A stretch of 64,000 nucleotides of DNA from contig NC_092670.1 of NCBI RefSeq assembly GCF_964355755.1, positions 22,368,795-22,432,794 of the forward strand. Reading direction: 5' to 3'. Every line of letters begins with the position of its first letter. Within the stretch, counting starts at the first letter, position 1. The notes under the pieces are model-generated. The model did no database searches. It worked only from the letters and a program-made list of their open reading frames with translations, and was not told the DNA's origin. Made by a program: the position numbers and the translations under genes. Positions 24,440 to 57,100 of this stretch are shown piece after piece. The DNA is from Antedon mediterranea. Taxonomy: Eukaryota > Animalia > Echinodermata.

Positions 24440-25076
24440 GGAATTGCGGCCGAATCTTATTATAGTACTGTCATTATCGTGCCAACGTGTGACCTATATG
24501 ACAGACAACGAGAGTAGCCCCTCTATACAGATAAGCCACTCCTTGCATCAATCATACTCACTCGGAGAATCACAACAATAGGCTAGTACTGTCTGTAGTA
24601 GTAATATATAGGCTAGGCCTACCTAGGCCTAGATACTAATAATAATATTAATAAAATATTACTGTGAATAAGAAGCTAGCTTTTGTGTGTGGGCTAGCGT
24701 AGTTACTAAGGTATACACTATCTAGACTACATTAGCGGTAGGCTAGGAGTTATATATGGAGTACAATTTCCTTATTATTACTAAATAAAAAAATATTCAT
24801 CAGCAACAAAATTGACAAGATTTTAGCAGACGACCAAAAACAACATGCTTTTCTATTTTTATTAGTTGTTGTTTACCAGTCGTTTGAGATTCACATCGAT
24901 AGCTGGCGCTATTTATGTTGTTTTCTTTTTAGTTTTTGTTAACACCGAATGCAAACTGTACACATGTAATGTAAACAAAATGTGAAATAAAAATTAAATA
25001 TTGCATCATTCAAACCTTATAAATAACAATTTTATAAATTGTATAGTTTAATTAATTCAGGTACTACCGTGCAAGG

Positions 25077-45384
<20,308 letters not shown>

Positions 45385-46410
45385 ATTAGAATTATGTAAT
45401 TATATTTTTTGGAGAATCTTCAATATTACAAGTTGCTGACTGCTGACTTGTTATGATTCTTGTGAATGTTTTGTTTTTTTTGGTGGGAAGGGGAGGAGCT
45501 TAAACATGGAAATGATTTAGAAAATATTTTTTGATTTGAATGTGTGGTTATTGTCTTTATTTGTATGCAAAGGCATTTGGACTATCTGTGAGTCTAAAAC
45601 CAGTGTGTGATTATTGAACAGTAAAAAGCACTGAAGAATAAATGTCTATAGTCTAAGCTACATGCTATTCATATACAGTACAGTATTAACAAAAGAATAC
45701 GATATCAAACTTGGAATATAGATACATGTTGTGTGATGAATTATATACAGTAGTATAATCCTATTTTTTATTTATATTATATTATATTGTATTATGTTAT
45801 CATTTCATAGTGCTATTTTTTTTTCTTTTTCTTCTCTTTGGGGGATGTCATAATGTTGAAATTTAAGACACTTGTAAAACGAGGGTCAAAACACTACAAC
45901 TGACCCTTATACAGGGTAATATGCCTTGTAGACAGATATGACAGCCCTATTCAGTGGCCACTTTCCAATGAAACACTAACCAATGACTCCCTGATGCAAA
46001 GTTAGTCCACAGTAGTTAAATACAATCAATACTATTTAAGTTGGCTGAAATTCACCACCCTACATTTGATGTTCCTTATTTATGTTTTATTTTTTTGCAT
46101 GTATGGTGTTAAGTGTTCTAGATTTCGAAATGTATACTCTTTTGAAAAATATTTATTATGTACAGAAAGCAGTTGACTAGCAATCTAAAGTTTTACCTCA
46201 TGTATTTATACAAATATTTTAAGTATTAAATGTCTGGAAGTTTGTAATTGTTTTTGTGAAAGGTGTTAAATAAAAGTTTGTTTGGTTTATAAGTTCTCTT
46301 TTTATCTATTTTATCAGACTTTCTTATAATAAACTACATTAACTAATTAATTAATGATGAACAATTTAATTTTCTTTAATAACTAAGATCACATTTGAAG
46401 AAGTGATATT

Positions 46411-49400
46411 CTCTCTCTCGAAGTGCCATATCATGAGACTTCGGCGATCATGTTGTGCCACAATTCTCTGTCTATTGCCATGTTCAGCAACTCCATTTCT
46501 TTGGTATTCACGCCTCTATTCCGAATCCATTCAGCTATGCTGGCCAACCAAGTGACTCTTTTTCTCCCCCTGCTCCTTCTTCCTTCTATTTTCCCAGTTA
46601 ATGCCAATTTCTCCAGACCTTCCTTCCTCACCACATGTCCCATGAATCTCATCTGTCTAATCCTAATATCCTTCAGTAGTTTCCTGCACACTCTAGCTCT
46701 TATCAATACATCTTCATTACTAACTCTATCTGTCCATGGAATTCTCATCATTCTCCTTAGAAACCACATCTCACAGCTTTCCAATCTTTTTCTGAGGTCA
46801 GTTGTGATTGACCAGGCTTCACTTCCATACATCAGCACAGGATAGATGTAGCAGTTTAATACACGCAACCTGGTTTCCATACTCATCGCACAGTTCTTCA
46901 AGATATTCTCCATTTCTCCAAATGCGGATTTCGCAAGTACTATCCTTCTCTTTATCTCCGTTACACACCTGGAATCATCTGTTATTTTGCTCCCAAGATA
47001 GTTAAAAGAGGACACCTGCTGAATTAACTGGTCACCTGCTCGAAGGTTACACGTTGGACTCTCCTTTTTTGACACTACTAAACACTCTGTCTTACTACAA
47101 TTTATAGACAGACCCATCTTTTCGCTCTCTACTACAACCACATCCAGCAACCTTTGGAGATCTTCAGCTGACTCTGCCAGTAGAACTGTGTCATCTGCAT
47201 ATCTGATGTTTGTAATATTTCTACCACAAACTCTCAAACCCTTCTCATTCTCTAGCTCCCTCAAGATCAACTCGCTATAGTAGTTAAACAAGTCTGGTGA
47301 CATTACACAGCCCTGTCTCACTCCTCTTCCAATACTTGTGTAGTCACTGCACTCCCCATCTACCCTCATGCATGCAGTCTGTTTCCAGTACAAATTTTGC
47401 AACAATCGAAGATCCTTTCCATGTAGGTCAAGCTTGCTAAGTTCTTGAAATAGCTGCTCATGCCTTACTTTGTCAAATGCCTTGGTGTAGTCTATGAAAC
47501 ACATGTATACATCTTTCTGCATCTCCACTGCCCTTTCAGTTATCATTCTTATCACAAAGATGGCATTCCTAGTGCCTGAATCCTTTACAAAACCAAACTG
47601 CTCACTCCCAATCTATGGTTTTAATCTACTTCTTGCTCTCATAAGTAGTATCCTCAGAATGATCTTGGTGACATGACTCATGAGGCTGATTGTACGATGT
47701 TTTTCACACTCTACAGCACCTGGTTTCTTCGGAAGGGCAATAAAAATGGACTTACTCAAGTCCTCAGGGAAACTTCCATCCTCATATATCTTATTGATCA
47801 CTTCAGTTAACTTTTCCACTCCATACTCTTCAATGACTACACCATCCGGTCCTGCCGCCTTATTCTTCCTCAACCTCTTGATTGCTGTTCGTACTTCTGC
47901 TTTCAAGATCTTTGGTCCTTCTTCCGAGTCAGGAAAGCTTGGCATTGCTTGTCTAACATCAAAAAACAGCTCCCCGATATACTCTGTCCATCTTTTCAAA
48001 ATATCAGTCTTTTCAACAAGCATTGTTCCATCCTTTGCCTTAATGCATCCAGAGTTTGAGCAGCCAGACTTCCTTCCAGTGATCTCATTAAGTCTCTGAT
48101 AAATCTTGTGGTTGTTGTTCTCTAGTCCACTCTCAATCTCCTCACACTGGGTGTTGAGCCACTTTTCTTTTGCCTCCCTGCACTTTTGCTTAATTTCTCT
48201 ATCTAGATCTTTATATTCTTTACTTGATCTACTACAGTACTAATCTTCTGTCTATCCCTCATCATTGATAGTATCTCTTCGGACACCCATTTGTTCTTCC
48301 TTCTTCTCTCTTTCTTGGGTAAGGATTCTTTGGCTGTCTCAACAAGGATGTCTCTTATTGTATCCCACGTAATCTCTTCACCTTCATCTACAAGGATGTC
48401 AAACTTATTCTTCACTTGAATGGAATATTCCATACGGATCTCCGGACTGTTTAGCTGCTCAAAGTCTAATTTCTGTACATTTTTGGCTTTCTTCACCTTT
48501 TTTAACTTTGATTGAAGTGTGCAAACAACTGGAATGTGGTCACTTCCACAATCTGCCCCTGGGTATGTTTTTGCATGAGTCACTGCCCTTTTGCACCTAC
48601 TGTTTACTGCAATGTAGTCAATCTGGTTCCTCGTCACATCACCAGGGCTCTTCCATGTGTATATTCGTCTGGGATGCTCTTTGAACCATGTATTTGTTAT
48701 GGTCATATCCTTAGCTTTACACCAGTTCACCCATCTATCACCACGCTCATTTCTTTCACCAATCCCATGCTCTCCAACTGTATTTCCATCCTGTCCATGG
48801 CCAACCTTTGCATTCAGATCACCCATGATGATATTTATCTCATCTGATTTGCATTGGGATTTGGCCTGGTCTAAGGTCGCATAAAAGTTATCTATTTCTT
48901 CATCTGTGCTGTCAGCTGTAGGTGCATAAACCACTACGATAGAGATATTGAAGGGTTGTCCCTGCAGTTTGACCAGCATAACTCTTTCACTCACAGCCCA
49001 ATAGCCCAGCATACATTTAGCCATATCACCATCCAAAAGCAACCCTACACCTTTTTCATGTTTGTCTCCTCCAGCGTAAATCATCTTGTAATCATCAATC
49101 ATAAATTCACCATTATTTGTCCAATGAGTTTCATTTATCCCTAATATATTGATGTTGAGTCTCATCATTTCCTGCTTAACACTTTCAAGTTTGCCATCTT
49201 GATACAAGATCCTCACATTCCACGTTCCTAGTCTGATTGTACTTCTATTGCGGACAGTAGCTTTATGACGGTCGAGCTCCACCTGTCGCACATGAGACAC
49301 CCTATCGGGCGAGGAGCCTCCTTCATACGATGGATGTACCCCCTTTACGCCGTTAGCTTTCATTCTTGAATTGTGACACTTCATAATTGTTCTTGGAAAA

Positions 49401-49763
49401 AATGATAGTGAAGTGGTTTCCCGTTGCCTTCTTCACCGCAGTCTATCAGCCATAAATGGGATCACCATCCTGCCTGACAATGTGTGCTGAGGTCTGCCGT
49501 TGTCCTAGAAATGGATCTTCCGCCGAGACACCCATACTGCATCACTGCTGCCTAATGCAGGGCATGGCTAGGCCTATTTAGAGGCGGCCTAAACTCGCCT
49601 CTACTGCAGAACGTATTTGGGGATATGCTGGTTTTATGACCCTGTTGGTGCCACCCAACAGTGCCCGACCCCCTGCTGTTACTGCAGTCCTCCTTTAGTC
49701 GCCTCTTACGACACGCGGAGCTTTCGTGGGGGGTATTCTTTTATCAGACCCCTCCCCCTGGTC
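46411..49763 (-). mobile_element. Full-length RTE-clade LINE (APE endonuclease plus RT), inactivated
   Basis: 12-bp TSD AGAAGTGATATT (46399-46410 and 49764-49775); (AG)n 3' tail; single ORF 49384-46431 with GTWNVR, GDLNAKVG, NQIDYI, GSDH, GVRQGCVMSP and YADD, broken by a frameshift near 48235 and a TAG at 47615-47613. Confidence 0.95.
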
Positions 49764-51000
49764 AGAAGTGATATTATGTCTTTAAAATATTACACTAATT
49801 CGTGCTTAACCATGTTAGCTCATTCTTAAATTGTAACCTACTCATCTCCAACAGGCCTCATTCTAACCAGGCTAATTCTTCATATCATCTTACAAGTAGA
49901 TGTAGGCCGATGTACCAAGTCTAGTGGTTTTATCCAAAATTGAGCTTTCTCTAAAATGGTTATTGCTATTATAATGCACATACAGTACAATGAAATTACG
50001 CAATGAGATATTACAAAGTAAATAACTTTATTTCAGGTCTTGCACAAAGTATACATTAAAATGTGACAAGTCAATTTTTAAAAACAGCTCTTTAGGTGCA
50101 AAATATGTCACAGTTTAAAGTAAGATCATAGCCACATTAAATACTACCCACATTTTGTCAAGGTTGACAAATATGTTCTTTGCTAACCTCAATCATTTTT
50201 ACATAAGAAAAGATAATAAAGATAAAGACTACCAGCCCAGCAGCTGTACCATGTACAATAAACACATCTTCTTATATTACACCTAAATGTTAATTTAGAT
50301 TTCTCTCTAAATAATCTCTCAAATAAATTTATTTTAAACAAATAACATCGATGGAGTCTAAGCTCAGCTGAATATAATTGATTTTGTGAAAGCGACAATG
50401 TATAATGTAAGAATACAGTATCCTATGAGGGATGAAGGTTGCCATTGGCAGACATGATACTGCACGCTGTTTGTTGTCACTAGACAGGATACTTAATAAA
50501 CAAATTTACCAACAGATAGAAAGCAATACAAAATGGCTTAAATTAGTCATTAGATTAAAGTTGGTTAAAATTATGTGAACATGCACTATTACATTTAATT
50601 TACCATTGAACCAAGGGTCCATGATTGAAAACAATTCATAAAGTAGTACAGTAGCTTGGTGCAACTTGCATAATTAGTGTCAATGGCAGATTCTAGTTAA
50701 ATTTTACTAAATACTGCATTTACAATCTTAGTTAAAATTCTTCAAGTGTATTTCCAATCCACTTTATCTTCAGTTATGTATCACTAACATTAACTCCATT
50801 TAATTGATTATCAAAAATTAATTTATGCACATAGGATATAGCACCATTGGAATAGTTTGTTATTTACAATTTAAAAGTATGTCTTACTACAGGTAAAGCT
50901 GAGTTTATCTAATAACGTTAGAGGCCTATGTTTGTTTATTACAGTTGGAATCATTTGAACATTTTCAGGCAGTGTGGAATTGGGAGAGTCAGCTGTATAA

Positions 51001-51140
51001 AGCTCTGTCTACACTATCAAACTGTATGTAACAAAAAAGTGTGATGTGCCTAAATATGGTAGTGATATGACATCATTGTTTCCATATATGGGCACATCAC
51101 ATTTTTTTGTTACATACAGTTTGATAGTGTAGACAGAGCT
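51001..51140. mobile_element. Family A MITE, near-perfect palindrome in the MAD1L1 3' UTR
   Basis: Arms of about 55 bp: AGCTCTGTCTACACTATCAAACTGTATGTAACAAAAAA... and ...TTTTTTGTTACATACAGTTTGATAGTGTAGACAGAGCT. Confidence 0.85.
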
Positions 51141-51173
51141 TAGGTTTTAGCAATATTTTTGTGTAGCTGTGTA

Positions 51174-54100
51174 TCATTGAGTTACCATTGTCTGCTTGCT
51201 AAACAAGTCTAGGGTGATATTACTAAGGAATGCTGGGATACTTTGCTGTTGCTGTAGATGCATTGCAATTAAGTCACCAAGAGATGATGAATATTCATTA
51301 CCCAAGAGCTGCATTTCCCCGCCTGATGTACACTGAAAATAAAGAGTTTAAATTATTAATATTTGTAATACTACTGATAAAACAACTTTGAGAATATATA
51401 TACACCAGAAATATTAACCACTGCTTTAGTATATTAAATCCAAAGGCAAATTCATTATCAAATGATGTGGGTATCAATGGCTGGATCTCAATGGAGATGC
51501 AAATAAAATAAGCACAAATCAAAATACTATTCCGTTGTCAAAGCTGTTGTCAAAAACAGTAGCTACAATATGTTTAGATATTGTAAATATAAACTTCACA
51601 TTTGTCACCATAGTGTAGTGTAAAGCCCTGTCTACACTATCAAACAAATGTGATGTGCCATATGGAGATGATGATATCATATCACTACCACATTTTAGCA
51701 TATCACTACCATATTATTATTATCACACATTTTTGTCAAACTCGTTTGATAGTGTAGACAGAGCTAAAGGCCACAAGAGCAGCTTGTGGGGCAATATACA
51801 CAAGTTATATTCTTTCCTATTGTGTCATCATGCTTGCTCTCTCACCCATCAGTTTAAAACGAAACCTTACCTGGAATAATAGAACATCTTCAGGTGTTTC
51901 TGCATACATTGACTTTAAACAATACTTGTTTGTTGATGGGTTGTCTATTTGGTAGCCTGTCAGACGATAGCAAGCTTCTCGAAACTCTTGAACTTTGGTT
52001 GCAAACACTTCCTTCAGGCGTTTATTCCGTAGTTCAGATGCTTTCATTTCCTTTTGCAGTTCTAAAACAAAATAATAATTTCAATTACTATCTATTTGTA
52101 AGTATGGTTACGGGCAAGGGCCTAAAAAATATACATATAGATAGACATAATACATATCTATCTGCACAGGTGCTATTGTTGTTGTATTCATAAATACATT
52201 TTTGGAATTTGTTATTTATTTATACTGGGTAACCTCTTTAGTCAAAGACTGGTTTTCCAGAGGGCCCAGTTATGATCAGTGGCTGTGTGTGTACTAGTAC
52301 ACCAGGGTAACCCCCTACTCATCTCGATAGATGTGTACACTGGACCTATTGGTTTAAAGTCCTTATCTGAGAAGACTTATTCTACCACCAGAACCATAGA
52401 GCGAGCACGAACCCTTTGCGATGTTATGGCTACATAATGACGGTTCTACTGTCTTAATCGCTCTGCCACTCAAAAAGTAAATTCATGTTGATGTTAAACT
52501 ACTTAAATCACCTTGTACATCTTTGCTAGATATGATTGTCACGTCAGCTGTATCTTCTGCCATTCCTTTCGCCTCCAATTGACGTACACGATGCCGCAGC
52601 TTTTCACACTCTTCTCTTAACTTCTCAGTGTCTTCCAGCTTTCGTTTCTTTGCTTGTGAAGTTGGGTTGAACTTCAAATGTATTATCTTAGACTTTGTAG
52701 GATCATAATCTCCCTAGAAGGAAAATCCGAAAATTAAATCATGCATTCCTTAAATCAAAGGAGTTTGTTTACATACTAAAATTTATAATAAGAAAACCCT
52801 TATTTCCTCTAGAGTTGTTATTGTTTTATTTGGCATCATGTATGATAGCTGCTCAGCTGCTAGGCCTAGGTACTACCATTAGGTAGTAGTAGGCTTAGTG
52901 CTCCAATGCAATCTATGAAGTAGGTGTATAATAGCTGGGCTACAGTGAACTAACCCAGTGGGCTAGCAACATGAACACGATAAATCAAGCCAAAGTGACA
53001 CTCCTAAAACATGTTTACACATGTATTGTAAAAATTACAATTTTTAATGGATTCAAAATTCTAAGACTAACCTGCAGTGCTCTTTGTTCCATGTGGGTTT
53101 CCAATACTTCCAATCTCTCTAGTAGTTTCTCATTCTCCACCTCAAGCTGCCGTGCTTTCTCTTTGGCAGCCTTCATCTCTTCTGTATTCTGTGGTCTAGT
53201 ATCTACTACTGGAGTAATTTGAGTTTTCAATGCAATGTCTAGTTTCTGCTTCAGCTCATCAATTTGAAAGTTTAGCTTCTGAGATTCTAGTCTTTCTTTA
53301 CCAGCTGTTTCTTGTGCTGTTTGTACATTGCTCTAAATTAAGAAAAATTAATGTTGAAGTCTAGTAAGTAAACAGTAGCTGAGCAGTCCTATAACTGCAC
53401 AGAAGTTAAATAAGAGTGAGGGCTTAAAAAGCACTACAGTAGAATAGAGTAGGTTACAAAGCGATAAACATTAAGCTAGTAGAGCTTAAAAAAGACTGGG
53501 TAGTGTGTTAAGCCTCCAACGGACACTCTGCATACTGAAAAAATGGCCACTTCTCAGTTCACTAGCATATTACATTCAATATTACATATAATCTTAAAAT
53601 AAAAACCTTCAAACTAGGTCTTCTAGATACTGTCTGAAATATGTTCTCATTACCTCAAGTTCCTCCACCTGTTTCTGGCTGGCCTGCAAGTTTAGCATTG
53701 TCTGCTGTAAACGATTCACAATCTTTGAATTAGCTCCTCCCCGCAGTAACTCATTGTCGTACGTGTTCAAAACCTGATTTAAACTATCTCTTTCCTGAAA
53801 TCAGAAATTACTTTTTAGGATTAGATTTAATTGGCAAAATTTGCCAAGCAATAGAATTATACAAAAAAAATGTTATGCAATGAAAACAATTAGGCACACC
53901 TTTTTTAACAGCACTAGCCTCTTCTGTAGTCGTTTTGCAAGCTCCTCAAGCTGTCTACTCTTCATTTCTGCTTCTAAAAGCCTGGACCCTGTGGAGGCTA
54001 GTTTGTCTGATACGCTTTTGTAAGCTTCCTCATGTGCATTTGAGCTGTATTATAAGAATAACAAAATAGTACTATACAAAAGTTGGACTTTATTTGGTTT

Positions 54101-57100
54101 GCATAAAATAGTGCAGAATGAATGTGTTGGAATTATTGAGAGTGAAGTTGGTGGCTTGATTGCTAAGATGCTTGGCTATCAATCCCAAGGGAATGACAAA
54201 TTACAACTCCACTCACAGACTTGTAATAAAACTTTGTATGTAGAGCATCTTATGTATATGTTTTGTCTTGTGAACATGATTGCCACCTTTATGAAAGTGG
54301 CAATTTGCCTAAATATATAAACAAAACAAGAGATTCCAATTCTTACCTTGATTCCAACATGCCTTGCTTCCCTGCCATGACGACCTCTTTCTGTTGTAAG
54401 TCAGCTAGCCAATGAGCTAACTCCAAGGGTGATCTAAACAAATAACAACAATTAGTTTTAAACTGATCTGTGGATGATTGTCAGTGATTTCATAATAAGT
54501 AATTTAAGTGGCATATTAACACACGTAACATTATTAGAAAGGCCCAAAGAAGAATCTACTTCCTACGTAGACTTAAATCATTTGGTATAAACTCTGAAAT
54601 AATGTCGTCCTTCTATAGGTCAGTTATAGAGAGTGTAATAACGTATTCTTTAACGGTATGGTTCGGTAGCGCTACCGAAAATGAAAAGCGTGACCTAAAT
54701 AGAATAGTCAAGACCGCATCGCGTATCATTGGATCTACACAACTGCCTTTGGAGAACATATTTTCGGATCGTCTTCTGAAAAAGGCAGTGGCTATCAAAG
54801 ATGATCATTTTCATCCGGCCTCTAGTATGTTCCAGTTGATGCGCAGCGGTCGGCGATTTCGTTCTATTAAGGCCAATAAAGCACGATTTACAAATAGTTT
54901 CTTTCCAGGATCTATTAGAGCCTTAAATATGATGTAGACACTTTTTTTTTTGTAATGTTTTTGTTTTTGAGTTCGTGTTGTGTCCGTTGGATATTGTGCT
55001 CCGCCAACAGAGCAAACAGAATTTCTATGTTTTTCCTAAAACAAATGATAATAAATGATACTCTTGACTTGACTTGACTTGACTTGACTTAATCTAATTT
55101 TGCCGGAGATTTTTTTTGTTAACAACTTACCTAATACCGTGTTGGTTCAAATTGCAACATGCTTCCCATTCACTGAGTCTGGATTGCTGAGCCTATGAGG
55201 AGGTAATAAATAGGTACAAGTCTGTAAAGTGGATATTAATGTACTCAATACCACTAACTGATTAAAAACAAGCTTTATCACTTAACGTTTTTTCAGTACT
55301 TTACAAAGAGAAACCTTCAGCACCTAACAAAGTGTACCCTTAATAGTGATTGACCTTAGTGATTGACCTTAGTGATTGACCTTAGTGATTGACCTTAGTG
55401 ATTGACCTTAGTGATTGACCTTAGTGTTAACATATATTTCTCTTCATTTATTTCATGAAGGATGGGTTCTACTGTAACACAATCTATAATTCGATTCAAT
55501 CAGTAAAGTTAAAGATGTATTGTCCCTTGAAACACAAAAAAATGAAGGTCAAAATATTCTAAATTTAAATTGGCCATATCAAAGTAATATTAAAGTTATT
55601 CACTATAAGTCGAAAATTCAAGCCAAAAACAACAAGTTTACGTAAATTAACAGGTAAATTAATTTGATTACATTTCGTCGGGAAAATCGTCGCGAGCGAA
55701 AGTAAACAAAGATTTTAAACCACGAGTATGCATTATGCATGATGCTAATAATGATTGTTTACAACTCGTCACGGTTGAGAATGTGTTCTCACACAGATCG
55801 CGAGGAAGTTTTATCATTATGCATACAGAGTAGCCAAACAAGCGCATTGCATTATGAGATATGTTTTGATTGAAAACTTTGACTGGAAGTCAAAGTTATT
55901 TTTTGAACAAAAAAATGTTTGTATTTCAGTTAAATGATTTTTTTTTTACTAATTTTTCGTGAAAGTTAATAACTATTATGATACTTCAAAATGACCCACT
56001 TTTTTTTAAAATCTTTTATTTTTTATTTTTTTGGAATTTGTCAAAGGGACAATACATCTTTAATCACTTGTGGCAGTCAATCAAAAATAATCAATAACCA
56101 TTACTTCATGTTCCATTTTTAACTTGTTGAACTCTTCTAATCGTCGTTCAGCTCTGTTAAGTTTGCCTTCAAGACTGAGTACCTTCTCTTCCGCCAACAA
56201 CTTTCCTGAGCTCATTTCCCTAAAAAGATAAATAGATCAAGATAAAACACCTCTCTAAATAAGTGGTACAGTCTATGAAAACCAAATTAACGTTTGTCTG
56301 TTTTATTCAATTACTCTGCAGCTTCCAAAAAGCCACGGAGTACAACCGTTATAGAACAACCTTAATTTGCACAAAATTCTAAAAAGGGCTGCCATGTAAT
56401 AGAACCAATCAATAGAACTTTTCTCGTGTAATAGACCTAAATACTGAACTGCACATGATACGAATAATAGTAATAATAATAAGATTTATACAGCGCACAT
56501 ATCCACAAAAGTGCTGAAGGCGCTTGTGAAAACCATGAAACAAATTAACCTTACAAAATTGACCAATCAAATGGCAAAGATTCATTGAGGTGTGTTATAA
56601 AATTGTTTTGTTCATTTACTTGTATTTGATTAGGTCAGCCTTCATTTGTTTATTTTCTTTTTCATATTGTCTTAGATCCTTGACAGAATTGCACATAGCT
56701 TTAGCAACACTTGCTTCTCCCTCTTGGTTAGAAATCTTTTGTTGTAATTCCTGCAAAAAAAATAACAATAATCAATACGTATAAAAATTGACAGAAAGAT
56801 TGTTTACTTATAACTTGGGAAAAAGAGATGTTTTATTTCCAAAATTTAGGGCCAGAGTGTGTTATAGAATGTTGAGAATTGCATTTTGAATGAAAGTGTT
56901 AGCAGATAAATCTTGTAGGATAGTATACAAATAATAAATGTTTATGAGTGTAATGGTACAAATAATGGCATCAGGTGAATGATGAAAGGTTATATATCAA
57001 CAAGGCGACAGCCGAGTTGATATTTAACCTTTCATCATTCACCAAATGCCATTATTTGTACCATTACATGAATATTAAACATTCATTATTTGTTTTATAT

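Noticed and set aside
47613-47615. Programmed read-through of the in-frame TAG in the RTE ORF
   Set aside because: One base from GAG in the expected KPEI context, and the copy has another inactivating lesion; simple decay.
46423-49144. Plus-strand ORFs of 60-140 aa over the LINE
   Set aside because: Antisense shadows of the RTE coding frame with no recognisable motifs.
49700-49750. Hammerhead ribozyme at the RTE 5' end (CTGATAA...GAAAGCTC)
   Set aside because: Core deviates from CUGANGA and no stem II forms between the two halves.
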